Shown piece by piece: positions 61,783 through 64,000 of a DNA stretch of 64,000 bases. The notes beneath the pieces were generated by a model. That model ran no database searches and was not told the origin of the DNA. It saw nothing but the letters and a program-made list of their open reading frames with translations. Within the stretch, counting starts at the first letter, position 1; every line of letters begins with the position of its first letter. The DNA is taken from assembly GCA_025558095.1 (NCBI GenBank), contig JAIVFI010000032.1, forward strand, positions 124,001-188,000. Reading direction: 5' to 3'. The stretch is from Hyaloraphidium curvatum SAG 235-1. Lineage: Eukaryota > Fungi > Monoblepharomycota. A program made the translations under genes and the position numbers.

Positions 61783-62715
61783 TTACTGGAAGTTGGCCGT
61801 GATGGTCGAGCGGATCAAGTCCTCCGTCTGGGCGAGCCCGGTGCCGTACGCGACGAAGATGGCGACCAGGTAGAAGATGCCGGCCCCGGGCATGAACTCC
61901 GATGCGATGTAGCCGATCATCTGGCCGGCAAGATCAGAAAACGCTGCGATGGCAATTGCGATATAGCTTACCAGTTTGTTGATGCCAATGAGTCTCTGCT
62001 CCGACTCGAAGCGGCTCGCAACGCGTGCGGCGAAGGCCGTGAGGACTCCGTACGCCAGCAGGTTGTCCTTGATTGGGCGGGGGGCCACACGGCAGGTGAG
62101 GAACCTCTCGATTGCCGCAAAACTAAGGAAGAAGGCGATCGAGCCTGCGATGTTGCCCGGCAGGCGACGCAGCGCTTCGTGGTCGACCTTGCCCCGCCCG
62201 CGCGCCACGATGCCAATGACGGCTTGGATCAGGTAGAGCTGAACATAGAAGCGGGTGATACGCTTGGCCATGGTAGGCAGATCGGCGACGAGGGCCTTTG
62301 TGCATTCCCTGCAACGTGGGAACGATGAGAACGCGATTCCGACCCTCATGCCACCCAGAACGTACGGCTCGCCGGGGTGAATCTTGTCACAAGGGGTCTC
62401 CAAAGAATCTCCCTTCGCGTCAAACGTGTGCGTGGGGGCAATATGGTTCCCCAGCAACCTTCGGTCTGTGGGAGACGGTCCGGAAGGCAGTGAGCCGCGT
62501 GCACGAGAGACTGGGCCGCAACTCTACCGACAGCCGGGCGTAAAAGAGCGTCCATATCCCGTCAAGAGAATCGCCACGGTGCCAGCAAGGGCCGCGTGCA
62601 GCCTTCCAACGTTGGTCCTTTGTTGGACTTCCGGAGGAATCATGCGCAGGGCGTGAGAGATGGCGACCTGGACGGCCGCCAACTTCACGAGCTTGGAGAT
62701 ATCCCTGCCGCTCAT
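61783..62715 (-). CDS. Multi-pass membrane protein, weakly TMEM135-like; exon structure unresolved
   Basis: PCDKIHPG..C, FYVQLYLI and several hydrophobic helices. The frames around 62460-62560 could not be joined unambiguously. Confidence 0.35.
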
Positions 62716-62984
62716 TTTCGCTCGCTCGACGCCGACGACGGGATGTAGTAGGCGATTGCGTTTTAGTGTATGCGCACAACGCGATCAATTGAGGCGAGCG
62801 CGGGCGATAGCGCGCCCGTGCTCGAAATGCTGACGCCGGAGTCTCATTCCAATGCATCAACCTATCCGGGCTCTGCCTGCTTGACGGATCGCTTATGATT
62901 GTGGGGTCGTATACATAGAGCATACTCATGTGGGTTTCCATGACAAAGCTGCAAACTCTTCCAAACAAATCCAACAACTCGAGA

Positions 62985-64000
62985 TCATTGCACATAGCCC
63001 GAGCTCGCTGCGCGGGTCGCCATCCTCTCCGCCTGCTGCGCCATGTCCTCGGTTGTGCCCCACGTGATCACGTTCTCCTCCTCCTCGTGATCGGGCTCCG
63101 GGAACTCGTCGTCCTCATGTGCCGGTTGGGCGGCGTACGCAGTACTAGCGGTGGGCACATTGGCCGAATGGGTCCTCATGCGGTAGGGATCGTTCAAAGG
63201 AGCCGGCAAGGCGGAGCTGTCCGTGACCGACCGGAAGCGTTGCGGCACCTGCTGCGGCACATAACCCGGCATGGCGCTCCCCGTCCCAGTCCGGTAGAGC
63301 GCCGCCGGAGGCACTCCGTTGGGCATCATCGCCGGGTACGCCATGGGGAGCGTGGGTGCGGCGCCCGTTTGGTACATCGGCATCGACGCTGCCCCGGCCC
63401 CAACAAGGGGCATGTTGGCATATCCGTTCTGGTAGCCTGCACCGGGGTAGACCATGGGAAACGTTGCGGCCATGTTTGGCGCGGCCCCTCCGGGAATCGT
63501 GCCCGAGGGAACAGTGCCCGAGGGAACGTTGCCCGAGGGAATGGTGCCCGACGGAACGGTGCCGGATGGAATGTTTCCGCTCGGCATGCCTGCTGACACG
63601 GCGGCCGATGGGCGCCGCGCTGGGGGCATCTGATAACCTCCCGGAGGAACGCCATTTTGCGCAACGTCCGTGGGGTTCGTCATGACCGTCGAGGATCCGG
63701 TCCCGACGCGAGACACGGATGGCGGCGCGTAAGCCATCTCGGCGCCCTGGCCTGTAGGCACCCGGGCGATCGCTTGATACACGTCTCCGTTCGAAATGGT
63801 CGTCGACCCGGTGCCGACGCGCTGCACGGGCGGTGGGTACGGATACTTCCCGGCAGCCTGGGGCAGCGACGACAGGTAGGGGTTCGCCCCGTACGAGCGC
63901 ATGGACTGCGCTGCCATCGCTTGGGCCATGGCTTGCGCGGCGAGCGAATTCTTGCGGCCGCCGCCCGACGCGCTGGGGTCGTAGAGCTCCGCATCGTCGA
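62985..64000 (-). CDS. 3' part of a Pro/Gly/Ala/Met-rich low-complexity protein (5' end outside the window)
   Basis: Open frame to the window edge with recurring RVGTG/RTGTG motifs and PSGT/N pentapeptides. Confidence 0.6.
   Translation of the reverse strand, partial: DDAELYDPSASGGGRKNSLAAQAMAQAMAAQSMRSYGANPYLSSLPQAAGKYPYPPPVQRVGTGSTTISNGDVYQAIARVPTGQGAEMAYAPPSVSRVGTGSSTVMTNPTDVAQNGVPPGGYQMPPARRPSAAVSAGMPSGNIPSGTVPSGTIPSGNVPSGTVPSGTIPGGAAPNMAATFPMVYPGAGYQNGYANMPLVGAGAASMPMYQTGAAPTLPMAYPAMMPNGVPPAALYRTGTGSAMPGYVPQQVPQRFRSVTDSSALPAPLNDPYRMRTHSANVPTASTAYAAQPAHEDDEFPEPDHEEEENVITWGTTEDMAQQAERMATRAASSGYVQ
63490..63588 (-). repeat. 15-bp coding minisatellite ([IV]PSG[TN], about 6 copies)
   Basis: MPSGN IPSGT VPSGT IPSGN VPSGT VPSGT IPGG. 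Confidence 0.85.

Noticed and set aside
1-64000. Transposons, integrated virus, rRNA or tRNA
   Set aside because: No transposase, RT, integrase or capsid motifs, terminal repeats or RNA-gene signatures were recognised by eye. A covariance-model scan was not possible.

Overview
Gene-dense, GC-rich eukaryotic DNA with many short (about 50-70 nt) spliceosomal introns. The supplied ORF track therefore fragments real genes and fills up with antisense or shadow ORFs. A Zn2Cys6 factor and a Caf120-type PH protein indicate a fungus, while animal- or plant-like genes (UCP-type carrier, ZFYVE19/ANCHR-like zinc finger, CMPK2-like kinase) point to an early-diverging, chytrid/monoblepharid-like lineage (inference). 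About 28 genes or gene remnants can be supported. Recognisable ones are GCN1, PIS1, mitochondrial AsnRS, a mitochondrial RNB exoribonuclease, an MCT-type MFS transporter, an F-box/LRR protein, a histidine phosphatase, a BTB protein, a trypsin-family protease, a SAM methyltransferase, an alpha/beta hydrolase, a dual-specificity phosphatase and an alginate-lyase-family protein. The most unusual element is a tandem gene pair at 9.9-12.4 kb, built from four copies of an unannotated ~110-aa module with a C-x6-CPDxCGH motif and three identically sized, identically phased 239-nt exons. Other notable items are a CMPK2-like kinase head-to-head with a Zn-cluster factor, an alginate lyase lacking the motif His, a FYVE-less ANCHR-like protein, two frameshifted remnants (J-domain, EGF), and an alternation of C-rich and G-rich blocks independent of coding strand. 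No rRNA, tRNA, CRISPR or transposase was recognised. All family calls are from recalled motifs, with no database search.
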